From contig JBBRSP010000010.1 in assembly GCA_038245295.1 (NCBI GenBank), positions 151,102-215,101 of the forward strand: a stretch of DNA of 64,000 bases. The letters run 5' to 3'. Source of the DNA: Candidatus Binatia bacterium. Its GTDB lineage: Bacteria; Desulfobacterota; Binatia; HRBIN30. The translations under genes and the position numbers were made by a program. Below the pieces are notes generated by a model. That model was not told the DNA's origin, did no database searches, and worked only from the letters and a program-made list of their open reading frames with translations. Below, piece after piece: positions 29,666-40,557 of this stretch; position 1 is the stretch's first letter; every line of letters starts with the position of its first letter.

Positions 29666-30293
29666 TTCACCACGAAGAGCGCGAAGGGCACGACGCGGGC
29701 TTTTTGCCCGCAACCCAACCCCACACCCCGCAGAGCGAATTCAACAGGATAAACAGGATAAACAGGATGGAACGGGGAAGACATTCTTGTCGTGTTAATC
29801 CTGTACATCCTGTCCATCCTGTTGAAATGCGCGTCCTGCCACAAAATCGGACGTAAGTAATACGACAATCGCTGCCCGGAACATTCATCTCGCCGGAACT
29901 TTTGACGCGGAGGCGCGGAGCCACGGAAGGGACGATTACCCCGCAGAAAAGCGCGAGTTCATGGTCGGATTCCGCGCTCTCGTTCCGCGCCTCCGCGTGA
30001 GAGAGTCCCTTGGTTTCACCGCGGCGCTGTAGTGCTCTCCGTCGCGATTCCTTATGCTCCGCTTCGTATCACCGTCGTTCGAAATCATCGCGGCGCGCGA
30101 CGATCTGGCGAGCTTGAAAGCAGCGTGCGGTTCCTTGCCACGGATGAACACAGATGCAGGCCCGTCGGGCCTGTGATGCTGGCGATGTCTGTTTACAAGC
30201 CATCTGTGTTCATCCCATTCATCTGTGGCAATAGGCCTGCGTTGGGTTGCGGGCGAAGCCCGCGTCGTGACCTTCGTGAGCCCTCGTGGTGAA
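29666..30293. repeat. Nested composite of inverted-repeat elements
   Basis: Outer IR arms 29666-29719 and 30241-30293 enclose IR doublets 29740-29826 (ACAGGAT), 29905-29998 (CGCGGAG) and 30135-30231 (CACAGATG). Confidence 0.8.
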
Positions 30294-30369
30294 GATCTGC
30301 GTCTGATCGAGGCGATCAAGGCATCTGTCTGAAGAAGGGCGCGGGGGCGGAACCACCGGTTGAAAGAGC

Positions 30370-30735
30370 CTAGGGGCGAAGTATTCCGGCAAGGGTCTCA
30401 CCGAACCACGAAGCAGCCTCGTAGCCTGCCACGACAGCCCCGGTCTCAACGATCGCGACGAGGCCCGCGCACCACCCGCGCGATCGGAAAAAGTAGTAGG
30501 GCAGGCCGATGATCGCCAGGCCAACGGTCAGCGTGCGCAGACCGAAGCCTACCTCGTAGTTGTGCTCGGCGCTGTCGAGCGACAGCCACTGCAGCAACAG
30601 CACGATGGCAATGGCGATGGTGGCCCATTCGCCCGGGCCGACCGGGTCGATCTCGCCGGTGGCAAGTCGTTCGATGAAGGACACCAGGAAGCCGGAGATC
30701 AGGAACAGGGCTACGACGTTGCGCTTTTTCTGCAT
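30370..30735 (-). CDS. Hypothetical small membrane protein
   Basis: Four hydrophobic segments; GLPYYFFRSRG motif; GAGGAG RBS upstream. Confidence 0.7.
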   Translation of the reverse strand: MQKKRNVVALFLISGFLVSFIERLATGEIDPVGPGEWATIAIAIVLLLQWLSLDSAEHNYEVGFGLRTLTVGLAIIGLPYYFFRSRGWCAGLVAIVETGAVVAGYEAASWFGETLAGILRP

Positions 30736-30781
30736 CGGTCTCCTCGCGGCTATACTCGAAGGTAATCCGGCGATGCCAGCT

Positions 30782-30853
30782 CCGCAGGCTGAAGCCTGCG
30801 CCTACCCCGCTCCGGCGAAGCGCCGGTCGGTGGGCGCAGGCTTCAGCCTGCGG
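30782..30853. repeat. REP family A inverted doublet
   Basis: CCGCAGGCTGAAGCCTGCGCCTACC...GGTGGGCGCAGGCTTCAGCCTGCGG. Confidence 0.85.
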
Positions 30854-30980
30854 CGTGTGTCGCCGCGACCTTGAGAGCAAGCCGCCCGACCCTCAACCGC
30901 CCAACCCAGCCGGGTGACAAGACCAAGCGAACCGGCTAGGGAGTTGTGCGAGTGGCGCGCTCGCTGCTCGGAGCCAAACG

Positions 30981-31691
30981 ATGGAAAAACGCGAGTTGCT
31001 CTACGAGGGGAAGGCGAAACGGGTGTTCTCGACGGACGACCCGAATCTCGTCATCCAGTATTTCAAAGACGACGCTACCGCGTTCAACGCCAAGAAGCGC
31101 GGCACCATCGAGTCCAAAGGTATTTTGAACAATCAGATCAGCTCGACGTTCTTCCGCCTGCTTGGCGAGAAGGGGGTGCCGACGCATTTCGTCAGCCATC
31201 TCAACGACCGTGAGATGCTGGTCAAGAAGCTCGAAATCGTCCCTGTCGAGACCGTCGTCCGCAATATTGCCGCCGGCAGCCTGGCCAAACGCCTCGGGAT
31301 CGAGGAAGGCAAGACGCTGCCGGGACCGATCGTCGAGTATTACTACAAGAGCGACGCCCTCGACGACCCGATGATCAACAACTTCCACATCACCGTATTG
31401 GGCATGGCCACTGCCGAGGAACTGCAGCGCCTCACCGAGATGTCGCTGCAGATCAACTCGATCTTGCAGCCGTTCCTCGATGCGCGCGGGCTGTTGTTGG
31501 TCGATTTCAAGCTCGAGTTCGGCCGCCACAAGGGGCAACTGCTGCTGGGCGACGAAATTTGCCCGGATACCTGCCGTTTCTGGGACAAGGCGACGCGCAA
31601 GAAGCTCGATAAGGATCGTTTCCGCCAGGATCTCGGTGAGATCGAAGAAGCGTATCAGGAAGTTCACCGGCGCATCTGCGCCGCGGCGTGA
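30981..31691 (+). CDS. purC: Phosphoribosylaminoimidazole-succinocarboxamide synthase
   Basis: LYEGKAK, FKDDATAFN, VRNIAAGS, LVDFKLEFG, DEICPDTCRFWD, DKDRFR. Confidence 0.97.
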   Translation: MEKRELLYEGKAKRVFSTDDPNLVIQYFKDDATAFNAKKRGTIESKGILNNQISSTFFRLLGEKGVPTHFVSHLNDREMLVKKLEIVPVETVVRNIAAGSLAKRLGIEEGKTLPGPIVEYYYKSDALDDPMINNFHITVLGMATAEELQRLTEMSLQINSILQPFLDARGLLLVDFKLEFGRHKGQLLLGDEICPDTCRFWDKATRKKLDKDRFRQDLGEIEEAYQEVHRRICAAA

Positions 31692-31703
31692 GGAGGCAGA
31701 GGG

Positions 31704-31946
31704 ATGCGGGCGCGTGTCTTCATTACCCCGAAACAGGGGGTTCTCGATCCACAAGGCAAGGCCGTCGAGCATTCGCTCCACTCGCTCGGCTTCAAAGACG
31801 TACACGATGTTCGCATCGGCAAGTACGTCGAGCTGGTGCTCGAAGCCACCGATCGTCAGGGCGCCGAACAACAAACCGACGAAATGTGCCGCAAGCTACT
31901 CGCCAACGGCGTCATCGAGGATTATCGCTTCGAGCTGACTGAGTAG
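31704..31946 (+). CDS. purS: FGAM synthase subunit PurS
   Basis: VLDPQGKAV, VRIGKY, MC.KLLAN.VIEDY. Confidence 0.96.
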   Translation: MRARVFITPKQGVLDPQGKAVEHSLHSLGFKDVHDVRIGKYVELVLEATDRQGAEQQTDEMCRKLLANGVIEDYRFELTE

Positions 31947-32000
31947 AAGACGCGCGCGGCGATGTCGTGCGACGCTGCAATTCAAGCATGAGGTGAAGCG

Positions 32001-32741
32001 ATGCGCTGGGGAGTGGTAACCTTTCCGGGTTCCAACGACGATCACGATACTCAATACCTGCTCGACCACGTGCTCGGGCAGGATGTGGTGGCGCTGTGGC
32101 ACAAAGACCGCGAGCTCCAGGGCGCCGACTGCGTCATTCTGCCGGGCGGCTTTTCCTACGGCGACTATCTGCGCTGCGGTGCCGTGGCGCGCTTTTCGCC
32201 GATCATGGAGCCGATCATTGAGCACGCCCGCGCCGGCGGCTTCGTGTGGGGAATCTGCAATGGCTTCCAGATCCTCTGTGAGTCCGGCCTGCTACCCGGC
32301 GCGCTGCTGCGCAATCGCGATCTACGCTTTATCTGCCGGCCGCAACGGCTACGCGTCGAAGAAACCGGCACCCCGTTCAGTAATCAGTGCCGCTCAGGTG
32401 AAATCCTTACACTGCCGATCAAGCACGGCGACGGCTTCTACATCGCCGATCCCGTGACCCTGGAGCAGATCGAGAGCAACCGCCAAGTTGTCCTGCGTTA
32501 CGTCGATGCCAGCGGGCGTGTCACCGCCGATGGCAATCCGAACGGCTCCATCAACAATATCGCCGGGATCACCAACGCGCGCCGCAATGTCTTCGGCCTC
32601 ATGCCGCATCCCGAACATGCCGGCGAGAAGGGCCTAGGCGGCGAAGATGGTCTGAAGTTGTTCCGTTCCGTGATGACAGCGCACGCCGAAGGCGCCCTCG
32701 GCTCGGCCGGCGCGCCCACCGCCGTGGCTTCGGGGTTGTGA
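32001..32741 (+). CDS. purQ: FGAM synthase glutaminase subunit PurQ
   Basis: [36 protein letters not shown]. Confidence 0.97.
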   Translation: MRWGVVTFPGSNDDHDTQYLLDHVLGQDVVALWHKDRELQGADCVILPGGFSYGDYLRCGAVARFSPIMEPIIEHARAGGFVWGICNGFQILCESGLLPGALLRNRDLRFICRPQRLRVEETGTPFSNQCRSGEILTLPIKHGDGFYIADPVTLEQIESNRQVVLRYVDASGRVTADGNPNGSINNIAGITNARRNVFGLMPHPEHAGEKGLGGEDGLKLFRSVMTAHAEGALGSAGAPTAVASGL

Positions 32742-32745
32742 TCGC

Positions 32746-34995
32746 ATGAGCAAGCAGACGGACCCGGTCAGCGAACGCGACGCCATTGATCACGGCCTGA
32801 CAACCGACGAGTTCGCGCACATCTGCAAAGTTCTCGGGCGCAATCCCAACATGGTCGAGCTCGGGGTCTTGTCGGTGATGTGGTCCGAGCACTGCAGCTA
32901 CAAGAGCTCGCGCCGCCATCTGAAGCGCCTACCGACCAAAGGTCCGCGCGTCCTTCAGGGCCCCGGTGAAAACGCCGGGGTTATCGACATCGGCGACGGC
33001 CTGGCGGTCGTCTTCAAGATGGAAAGCCACAATCATCCGTCGTTCGTCGAGCCCTACCAGGGCGCGGCCACGGGTGTCGGCGGCATCCTGCGCGACGTTT
33101 TCACCATGGGCGCTCGCCCCATCGCCAATCTCAATTCCCTGCGCTTTGGTAGCTTCGACAACGCCCGCACCCGTTTCCTCATTAATGGTGTCGTGCGCGG
33201 TGTCGGCGGCTACGGCAACTGTATCGGCGTGCCGACCGTCGGCGGCGAGGTCTACTTCGACGCCGGTTACAACGGCAACAACCTGGTGAACGCCTTCACG
33301 CTCGGTATCGTACGCACCGACCGCATCTTCCTCGCCAAGGCGGCCGGCATCGGCAACCCGGTGATGTACGTCGGGTCGAAGACCGGTCGCGACGGTATCC
33401 ACGGCGCCAGCTTGCTCGCATCCGCCGAATTCAGCGGCGAAGCGGAAGTGAAACGACCGACCGTCCAGGTCGGCGATCCGTTCACCGAAAAACTCCTGCT
33501 CGAAGCCTGCCTGGAGCTGATGCAGCTCGACGCGATCGTTGCCATCCAGGACATGGGTGCCGCCGGGCTCACCAGCTCGAGTGTCGAGATGGCCGGCCGC
33601 GGCGGCATGGGCATCGATCTGGATCTCGACAAGATCCCCGTGCGCGAAGTCGGTATGACGCCCTACGAGATGCTGCTCTCCGAATCGCAGGAGCGTATGC
33701 TGATTGTCGCCCACCGCGGCAAGGAAGATATCGTCGAACGCGTCTTCTCGAAGTGGGATCTCGATGCGGTGGTGGTCGGTACCGTCACCGACGACGGCCT
33801 GTTCCGCGCCCGATTCCATGGTGAAGAAGTCGCCTGTATTCCGATCCCGCTGGTGACCGACGAGGCGCCGGCCTACGATCGCCCGCTCGAAGCGCCGGCG
33901 GACAATCAAGCCAATCCGCTTCTGGCGTTGGACCAGCTGCCGCTGCCGGGCGACTACAACCAGGTCCTGCTGAAGCTCCTCGATTCGCCGAACATTGCGT
34001 CGAAAGAGTGGGTCTACCGCCAATACGACTACCTCGTCCGCAGTAACAGCATCGTTGTGCCGGGTTCGGACGCCGCCGTCCTGCGCGTCAAGGGAACGCA
34101 GAAAGGCGTTGCCCTGAGCGTTGATTGCAATAGCCGCTATTGCCAGCTCGATCCTTATGTCGGTGCGATGATCGCGGTCGTCGAGAGCGCCCGTAATGTC
34201 GTGTGCTCCGGTGCCGAGCCGATCGGCCTTACGGATTGCCTCAACTTCGGCAACCCGGAGAAGCCGGCGATCATGTGGCATTTCTCCGAGGCCATCAACG
34301 GCATCCGCGACGCCTGCAACGTGCTTGGTGTGCCGGTCGTCAGCGGCAACGTCAGCTTCTACAACGAGACCGAAGGGCGTCCGATCCCGCCGACGCCCAC
34401 CGTGGCGATGGTCGGCCTGCTCGAAAACATCGACCACCACATGACCCAGTGGTTCCGTAACGAAGGCGATATCATCGTCATGCTCGGGCGCACGCGCGAA
34501 GAGCTCGGTGGCAGCGAGTACCTGGCGTTGCAGCACAAGAAGGTTACCGGCGCCCCACCCTGGATTGATCTCGCCTTCGAGAAGCAGGTGCAGCAGGTCT
34601 GCCTCGGCGCCATCCGCGAGGGCCTGGTGCAATCGGCCCACGATACCAGTGAAGGTGGCCTGGCCGTCGCCCTGGCCGAATGCTGCATCAGCGGGCCCGG
34701 GCCGGTGATGGGCGCGGCGATCGAGCTCGAAGGATCGATTCGACCCGACGCCCTGCTGTTCGGCGAGAGCCAATCACGCATCATTCTGTCCATGCGGCGT
34801 CGCCATCTGGCGCGCCTGAAGGAGTTGGCCGGTACGGATGTTCCGGTTCATGTGCTCGGTGAAGTGCGCGGCCGCCGCCTCGTCATTGCGCCCTTGATCG
34901 ATGCCGACTGCGAGCAACTGCGACGGGTGTGGACAACCGCCCTGCCGCGTCGCATGGAGAGCGAGGCCGGCGAGGTGCTCGCGGCGCCGGCTTGA
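32746..34995 (+). CDS. purL: FGAM synthase subunit PurL
   Basis: [62 protein letters not shown]. Confidence 0.97.
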   Translation: MSKQTDPVSERDAIDHGLTTDEFAHICKVLGRNPNMVELGVLSVMWSEHCSYKSSRRHLKRLPTKGPRVLQGPGENAGVIDIGDGLAVVFKMESHNHPSFVEPYQGAATGVGGILRDVFTMGARPIANLNSLRFGSFDNARTRFLINGVVRGVGGYGNCIGVPTVGGEVYFDAGYNGNNLVNAFTLGIVRTDRIFLAKAAGIGNPVMYVGSKTGRDGIHGASLLASAEFSGEAEVKRPTVQVGDPFTEKLLLEACLELMQLDAIVAIQDMGAAGLTSSSVEMAGRGGMGIDLDLDKIPVREVGMTPYEMLLSESQERMLIVAHRGKEDIVERVFSKWDLDAVVVGTVTDDGLFRARFHGEEVACIPIPLVTDEAPAYDRPLEAPADNQANPLLALDQLPLPGDYNQVLLKLLDSPNIASKEWVYRQYDYLVRSNSIVVPGSDAAVLRVKGTQKGVALSVDCNSRYCQLDPYVGAMIAVVESARNVVCSGAEPIGLTDCLNFGNPEKPAIMWHFSEAINGIRDACNVLGVPVVSGNVSFYNETEGRPIPPTPTVAMVGLLENIDHHMTQWFRNEGDIIVMLGRTREELGGSEYLALQHKKVTGAPPWIDLAFEKQVQQVCLGAIREGLVQSAHDTSEGGLAVALAECCISGPGPVMGAAIELEGSIRPDALLFGESQSRIILSMRRRHLARLKELAGTDVPVHVLGEVRGRRLVIAPLIDADCEQLRRVWTTALPRRMESEAGEVLAAPA

Positions 34996-35067
34996 GGGGG
35001 CACTTTCCCTCGTCACTTGAATCACGGTAAAGAAGACCTAACTACTCAAACTCGTCACAAGGAGCGG

Positions 35068-36477
35068 ATGGATCGTTTTCGCGAAGAGTGCGCGGTGGTG
35101 GGAGTGTTCGGGCATCCCGAGGCGTCGAACCTCGTCTACCTGAGCCTGTACGCCATGCAGCATCGTGGGCAGGAAGGCTCCGGAATGGTGTCGGCCGATG
35201 CCGGCATGCTGTTATCGCACCGTGGCCTCGGCCTTGTGGCTGAGGTCTTCAACGAGGACATCATCCGTCGCCTCAGCGGTACCGCGGCCATCGGCCACAA
35301 CCGCTACTCGACCGCCGGACAGACCCTGCTCAAGAATACCCAGCCGTTTGTCGTCGAATATGGGCGCGGCGGTCTCGCCGTGGCGCACAATGGCAATCTG
35401 GTCAACGCCATCGAATTGCGCGAGCGCCTCGAGGCGAGCGGCTCGATTTTCCAGTCGAACGTCGATACCGAAGTCATCGTTCACCTGATCGCCACCGCCA
35501 AAGGCGAACGCATCGTCGATCGTGTATCTGCCGCCCTGGCCGCCGTGCGCGGCGCCTACTCGCTGGTCTTCCTGACGCCACGCGAGCTGATTGCGGCGCG
35601 TGACCCGCATGGGTTTCGTCCGTTGGTTCTGGGACGCATCAAGGAAGCCTACGTTGTGGCCTCCGAGACCTGCGCGTTCGACTTGATGGACGCCGAGTAC
35701 GTGCGTGAAGTCGAGCCCGGCGAAGTCATCCGAATCTCCGACGACGGCCTGGAGAGTTTCTTCCCCTTCGGCCCGGCGCCGCGCGCCGCGTGTATTTTCG
35801 AGTACATTTACTTCTCTCGCCCCGACAGCAAAGTGTACGGGCGCAGCGTCTACAACGTACGCAAGGAGCTCGGCCGGCAACTGGCGCGCGAGGCGCCCGT
35901 GGAAGCCGATATCGTGATCCCGGTGCCGGATTCCGGTGTTCCGGCCGCCCTTGGTTATGCCGAGGAAGCGCAAGTACCGTTCGAGATGGGCCTGATTCGC
36001 AATCACTACGTCGGCCGCACGTTCATCGAGCCGCAAGATCACATTCGCCACTTCGGCGTGAAGGTGAAGCTCAATGCGCAGGCGGACGTGTTACGCGGCA
36101 AACGAGTCGTCGTGGTCGACGACTCGATTGTCCGCGGCACGACGAGCAAGAAAATCGTCCAGATGCTGCGGCACGCCGGCGCTGCCGAAGTCCACATGCG
36201 GATCAGCTCGCCGCCCACCATTGCTTCGTGTTTCTACGGTGTTGATACGCCGACAACCAAGGAGTTGATTGCCTCGACCTCGAGCGTCGAGCAGATTCGC
36301 CAGTTCATCACCGCCGACAGCCTTGCCTACTTGAGCGCCGAGGGCATCTTCGCCTTCCGTGAAGACAAGGCGAGCAACGGTTTTTGCGCTGCCTGTTTCA
36401 CCGGCAAGTATCCTGTCCCCGTCACCGACGTGGGTCGCAAGAATCAGCTGGTGCTGTTCGAAGTGGGCGACCGCTAG
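35068..36477 (+). CDS. purF: Amidophosphoribosyltransferase
   Basis: Propeptide MDRFREE then catalytic Cys; [28 protein letters not shown]. Confidence 0.97.
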   Translation: MDRFREECAVVGVFGHPEASNLVYLSLYAMQHRGQEGSGMVSADAGMLLSHRGLGLVAEVFNEDIIRRLSGTAAIGHNRYSTAGQTLLKNTQPFVVEYGRGGLAVAHNGNLVNAIELRERLEASGSIFQSNVDTEVIVHLIATAKGERIVDRVSAALAAVRGAYSLVFLTPRELIAARDPHGFRPLVLGRIKEAYVVASETCAFDLMDAEYVREVEPGEVIRISDDGLESFFPFGPAPRAACIFEYIYFSRPDSKVYGRSVYNVRKELGRQLAREAPVEADIVIPVPDSGVPAALGYAEEAQVPFEMGLIRNHYVGRTFIEPQDHIRHFGVKVKLNAQADVLRGKRVVVVDDSIVRGTTSKKIVQMLRHAGAAEVHMRISSPPTIASCFYGVDTPTTKELIASTSSVEQIRQFITADSLAYLSAEGIFAFREDKASNGFCAACFTGKYPVPVTDVGRKNQLVLFEVGDR

Positions 36478-36497
36478 GCGGGGCACGTGCGGCGCGT

Positions 36498-36992
36498 ATG
36501 AAGTGTCCGTTCTGTTACGACCTCGATAACCGCGTCATCGATTCGCGGCTCACGAAAGAGGGCTTCACGATCCGCCGGCGCCGCGTGTGCGAACACTGCG
36601 ACCGCCGCTTCACGACCTACGAACGCGTCGAGGAAGTCCTGCCGATGATCGTCAAGAAAGACGGTCGCCGCGAGGTATTTGATCGCCAGAAGGTCGTCGC
36701 CGGTTTGAAGAAGGCATGCGAGAAACGGCCTGTCAGCACGACACAGATCGATCACACCACCGACCGCATCGAGCAATCGTTGCAAGAGCGCGGCGAGAAA
36801 GAAGTTGCCAGCTCGATTGTCGGTGAGGCCATCATGCGCGAGCTGCACAAGCTCGATCAGGTGGCGTACGTACGCTTCGCCTCGGTGTATCGCGAGTTCA
36901 AGGACGTCAACGAGTTTATGCAAGAGCTCCAGGGCCTGATGCGCGAACGCCGCGGCACCGCCCGGCCGAAGAAAGCAAAGCGTCCAAAGTAG
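36498..36992 (+). CDS. nrdR: Transcriptional repressor NrdR
   Basis: MKCPFC..VIDSR..IRRRR.C..C..RFTTYE, ATP cone, [10 protein letters not shown]. Confidence 0.97.
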   Translation: MKCPFCYDLDNRVIDSRLTKEGFTIRRRRVCEHCDRRFTTYERVEEVLPMIVKKDGRREVFDRQKVVAGLKKACEKRPVSTTQIDHTTDRIEQSLQERGEKEVASSIVGEAIMRELHKLDQVAYVRFASVYREFKDVNEFMQELQGLMRERRGTARPKKAKRPK

Positions 36993-36997
36993 CCGCC

Positions 36998-38095
36998 GTG
37001 GGCGATCCGAGCGACAAGCGCTTCATGCGCATGGCGATCCGTCTGGCCCGGCGCGGACTGGGACGGACACGTCCGAACCCGCCCGTCGGCGCCGTCGTTG
37101 TGCTGGATGGAACGGTCGTCGGACGCGGGTATCATCGCAAGGCCGGAACGGCGCACGGCGAAGCGGCAGCGCTCGTGGCGGCTGGCGACAAGGCGCGCGG
37201 CGCGACATTGTATGTCACTCTCGAGCCATGTGCCCATCATGGGCGCACGCCGCCATGTACGGAGGCTGTCCTGGCTGCCGGCATTCGTCGTGTTGTCATC
37301 GGCACACGCGATCCAAATCCGAAAGTCGTGGGACAGGGCATCGAGCGTCTGCGCGAGGCGGGGCTCGACGTCGCGTATGGCATCGAGCAGCGGGCCTGTG
37401 ACGCCCTGATTGCCGGCTTTCGCCGCCATGCGTCGACCGGCTTGCCGTTTCTTACGTTGAAGCTGGCGACCTCGTTGGACGGTCGCATCGCGACCGTTGG
37501 GGGTGAATCGAAATGGATCACCAACGCGCGTTCGCGCCGTCATGCGCATCGCTTGCGCAACGAACACGATGCGATTCTGGTTGGCGCGGAGACCGTGCGC
37601 CGTGATGATCCCGAGCTGACGTGCCGCTTGCGCGGTGGGCGCAACCCGCTGCGGGTGATCCTTGACGGACGTTTACGAATTCCCCTCACCGCCAAGGTGC
37701 TCGATGTCTCACTGGCGCCGACGCTGGTGATCGCCGCCGCCAGTGCGCCGGCGCGGCGCGTCGCTGCCTTGCGGGAACGTGGCGTCGAAGTCGTTTGTCT
37801 GGCGGGGACCCGCGGGGTCATTCCGTTCAAACGTGTGCTGCAGGAGTTGGGGCGTCGCGACATCACCTCGGTCCTTGTCGAAGGTGGTGCGGCTGTGGCT
37901 GCTTCGGCGTTGCAGGCGCGTGCCGTCGATCAACTTCTGATGTTCATGGCGCCAATCCTCATCGGCGGCGACGGCAAGGGCGTGCTTGGTCCGCTCGGGG
38001 TGCGCCGCTTGCGACAAGTCGTGCGCCTCGGCACCCTGCGGGTGAAGCGGTTTGCCGAAGACCTGCTGATTGCTACGGAGGTGTCACGAACATGA
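36998..38095 (+). CDS. ribD: Bifunctional riboflavin deaminase/reductase RibD
   Basis: [39 protein letters not shown]. Confidence 0.96.
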   Translation: MGDPSDKRFMRMAIRLARRGLGRTRPNPPVGAVVVLDGTVVGRGYHRKAGTAHGEAAALVAAGDKARGATLYVTLEPCAHHGRTPPCTEAVLAAGIRRVVIGTRDPNPKVVGQGIERLREAGLDVAYGIEQRACDALIAGFRRHASTGLPFLTLKLATSLDGRIATVGGESKWITNARSRRHAHRLRNEHDAILVGAETVRRDDPELTCRLRGGRNPLRVILDGRLRIPLTAKVLDVSLAPTLVIAAASAPARRVAALRERGVEVVCLAGTRGVIPFKRVLQELGRRDITSVLVEGGAAVAASALQARAVDQLLMFMAPILIGGDGKGVLGPLGVRRLRQVVRLGTLRVKRFAEDLLIATEVSRT

Positions 38096-39297
38096 CCGAT
38101 TCAATGATCGAGGCGGCGCTGAGCGACCTGCACGAGGGCCGCATGGTGCTGATTCAGGACGCGCGTCGTGGCGAGGCAATCGTTTGCAAAGCTGCCGAGC
38201 GGGTGACCCCGGACGATGTGAACTTCATGGCGACCCATGCGCGCGGCCTGGTCGAGGTCGCGCTGCCGAAGGAGCGCCTGCAGCTCTTGGGAATTCCGTT
38301 GATGCCTGAGGCGACGCCGCAGGGTAAGCGTTACGGCGCGTCGGTGGAGGCGAGCAAGGGTGTGACGACGGGAATCTCGGCCGGCGATCGGGCCGCGACG
38401 ATTCGTGTTCTGGTCGCCAAGGGCAAGGGTCCGGATGACGTCGTGATGCCCGGACATGTCTTTCCGATTCAGGTGCACAGCGGTGGTGTCCTAGGTTTTG
38501 CCGGCCTCGCCGAAGCCTCGGTGGATCTCGTGCGGCTGAGCGGCATGAAGCCGGCCGCAGCAATCTGTACGGTTCTCGACGATGCCGGGAATCTCGCCGA
38601 CCGTGAGGATCTCAAAAGTTTTGCCGACTTGTTCGAGCTCAATGTCGTATCGATCGACGACCTGGTGAACTATCGACTGCGGCGCGAGGCGTTGGTTGAA
38701 CGGGTTGCCGACGTGCCGATCGTCACGGCGTTCGGCACCAAGTTCCGCATGGTCGTCTACAGCAACGAGGTGGATCGCAAGGAACACCTGGCGTTGGTGA
38801 AGGGGCGCGTCAAGCCGGGCGAGGCGGTTCTGTGTCGCATCCACTCTGAGTGTTTGACCGGCGATGTCTTCGGTTCGGAGCGCTGCGACTGCGGCGATCA
38901 GCTGCGTCAGGCACTGGCGCACATCGATGCCGAGGGCAAGGGTGTGCTGGTCTACATGCAGCAGGAGGGGCGTGGCATCGGGCTCGCCAACAAGATTCGC
39001 GCCTATGCGTTGCAGGATCAGGGGCGCGATACGGTCGAGGCCAACCTCGAGCTGGGCTTCGCCGACGACGGGCGCGACTACGGGATGGCGGCGCAGATTC
39101 TGCGCAACCTTGGCGTCACCAAGGTTCGTCTGATGACCAACAACCCGAAGAAGATCGAAGGCATCACCGCCTATGGGATCGAGGTCGCCGAACGCGTCGG
39201 CATCGAGATCCCGCCGCACCGCGGCAACCTGCGTTACTTGCAGGCGAAGAAGCAGAAGCTCGGGCATCTGTTCTCGAATCTCAACGTTCCAAACTAG
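38092..39297 (+). CDS. ribBA: GTP cyclohydrolase II with N-terminal degenerate DHBP-synthase (RibB-like) domain
   Basis: Intact [42 protein letters not shown]; the N-domain keeps TTGISA.DR and PGHVFP but lacks the RibB acidic loop. Confidence 0.92.
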   Translation: MTDSMIEAALSDLHEGRMVLIQDARRGEAIVCKAAERVTPDDVNFMATHARGLVEVALPKERLQLLGIPLMPEATPQGKRYGASVEASKGVTTGISAGDRAATIRVLVAKGKGPDDVVMPGHVFPIQVHSGGVLGFAGLAEASVDLVRLSGMKPAAAICTVLDDAGNLADREDLKSFADLFELNVVSIDDLVNYRLRREALVERVADVPIVTAFGTKFRMVVYSNEVDRKEHLALVKGRVKPGEAVLCRIHSECLTGDVFGSERCDCGDQLRQALAHIDAEGKGVLVYMQQEGRGIGLANKIRAYALQDQGRDTVEANLELGFADDGRDYGMAAQILRNLGVTKVRLMTNNPKKIEGITAYGIEVAERVGIEIPPHRGNLRYLQAKKQKLGHLFSNLNVPN

Positions 39298-39309
39298 GAA
39301 GAGCCAACC

Positions 39310-39774
39310 ATGCCACGTGTTCTCAGGGGCAGTAACGACGCGCGCGAGTTGCGCATCGGCATCGTCGTGTCGCGCTTCAACAGCATCGTCACCGAGCGGT
39401 TGTTGAACGGAGCGCTACGGGCGCTCGAAGCGTGTGGGCGAGGATTGGGCGATCTTGATGTGGCGCACGTCCCGGGCGCCTTCGAGATCCCGCTGCTGGC
39501 GGAAGCGATGATCGCCACCCAACGTTACGACGCCATCATCTGCCTCGGCGCCATCGTGCGCGGCGACACGATGCACCACGAGTACCTCGGCAAAGCGATC
39601 TTCAATACCCTGCAAGAGATGCAGGTGCGGCACCGTCTGCCGATCGCCGTCGGCATCCTGACGACGGAGAACATGGAACAAGCCCTGGCGCGCGCGTCGG
39701 ACGACGTCGGCAACAAGGGTTACGAGTCGGCGATGACCGTCATCGAGTGCGCCACGCTGCTGCGGCAGCTCTGA
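39310..39774 (+). CDS. ribH: 6,7-dimethyl-8-ribityllumazine synthase
   Basis: IVVSRFN, VPGAFEIP, CLGAIVRG.T.H, GILT, NKG. Confidence 0.95.
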   Translation: MPRVLRGSNDARELRIGIVVSRFNSIVTERLLNGALRALEACGRGLGDLDVAHVPGAFEIPLLAEAMIATQRYDAIICLGAIVRGDTMHHEYLGKAIFNTLQEMQVRHRLPIAVGILTTENMEQALARASDDVGNKGYESAMTVIECATLLRQL

Positions 39775-39813
39775 CGCCGCGGTCCTGCGGCCTCGGACCG
39801 CATCGGGGCGAGG

Positions 39814-39892
39814 CCGCAGGCTGAAGCCTGCGCCTACCGGTTCCGATTCCACCTGCATGTTCAGCGTGGTAGGCGCAGGCTTCAGCCTGCGG
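39814..39892. repeat. REP family A inverted doublet (REPIN-like)
   Basis: Perfect 25-bp arms with a spacer ending TTCAGCGT. Confidence 0.88.
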
Positions 39893-39953
39893 AGTGCTCC
39901 GACGCCGGCCCGGTTTCTCCGCGCTCGTTTCATTGCTAAGCCCTGTCGGACAC

Positions 39954-40400
39954 ATGGGATCACGACGCAAAGGACGCGAGCTTGCTGTGCAGGCTCTGTA
40001 TCAGATCGAGGTGCGTGGCGGCTCTTCGGCGCCGGACATGGCCCTCTTCTGGGAACAGGCGGATGCCGGTGAGCGGGCACGTGAGTTTGCTGCCGAGTTG
40101 ATTTCTGGCGTGCGCGAGCGTCAGGCCGAGATTGATCCGCTGATCGCCGCCGCGGCGCAGCACTGGAAGCTGGAACGTCTGCCCCCCGTCGATTTGTGTG
40201 TGCTGCGCGTCGCGACGTACGAGCTTGTCGAGAGTGACCGCCCGCCGACCAGCGTCGTGATCAACGAGGCGATCGAGGTCGTGCGCAAGTTTGGGACGAT
40301 CGACTCGAGTAAGTTTGTCCACGGCGTGCTCGATCAAATTGCCGTCAAGCTCGGCGTGAAGGAACGGCCGGGCGAGGAGAAGCAGGAAGCCGACGATTAG
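39954..40400 (+). CDS. nusB: Transcription antitermination factor NusB
   Basis: RRKGRELAVQALYQ, W.LERL..VD..VLR, VVINEAIE..RKFG..DS.KFV.GVLD. Confidence 0.96.
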   Translation: MGSRRKGRELAVQALYQIEVRGGSSAPDMALFWEQADAGERAREFAAELISGVRERQAEIDPLIAAAAQHWKLERLPPVDLCVLRVATYELVESDRPPTSVVINEAIEVVRKFGTIDSSKFVHGVLDQIAVKLGVKERPGEEKQEADD

Positions 40401-40414
40401 ATTGCGGCGGCGTT

Positions 40415-40532
40415 GCCCTCACCCTAACCCTCTCCCACCAGTGGGGCCTCCGCTGGTAGTGGGAGAGGGGACTCACTCCCTCTCCCGCCTCATCAGGACC
40501 ATCAAACGGCGGGAGAGGGTCGGGGTGAGGGC
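40415..40532. repeat. REP-like family C inverted doublet
   Basis: GCCCTCACCCTAACCCTCTCCC...GGGAGAGGG / CCCTCTCCC...GGGAGAGGGTCGGGGTGAGGGC. Confidence 0.85.
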
Positions 40533-40557
40533 GCGCAGCCGAGCAGTTAGGAACATC

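Noticed and set aside
29667..30319. Small ORFs in the korB downstream region
   Set aside because: They are translations of repeat arms with no protein family features
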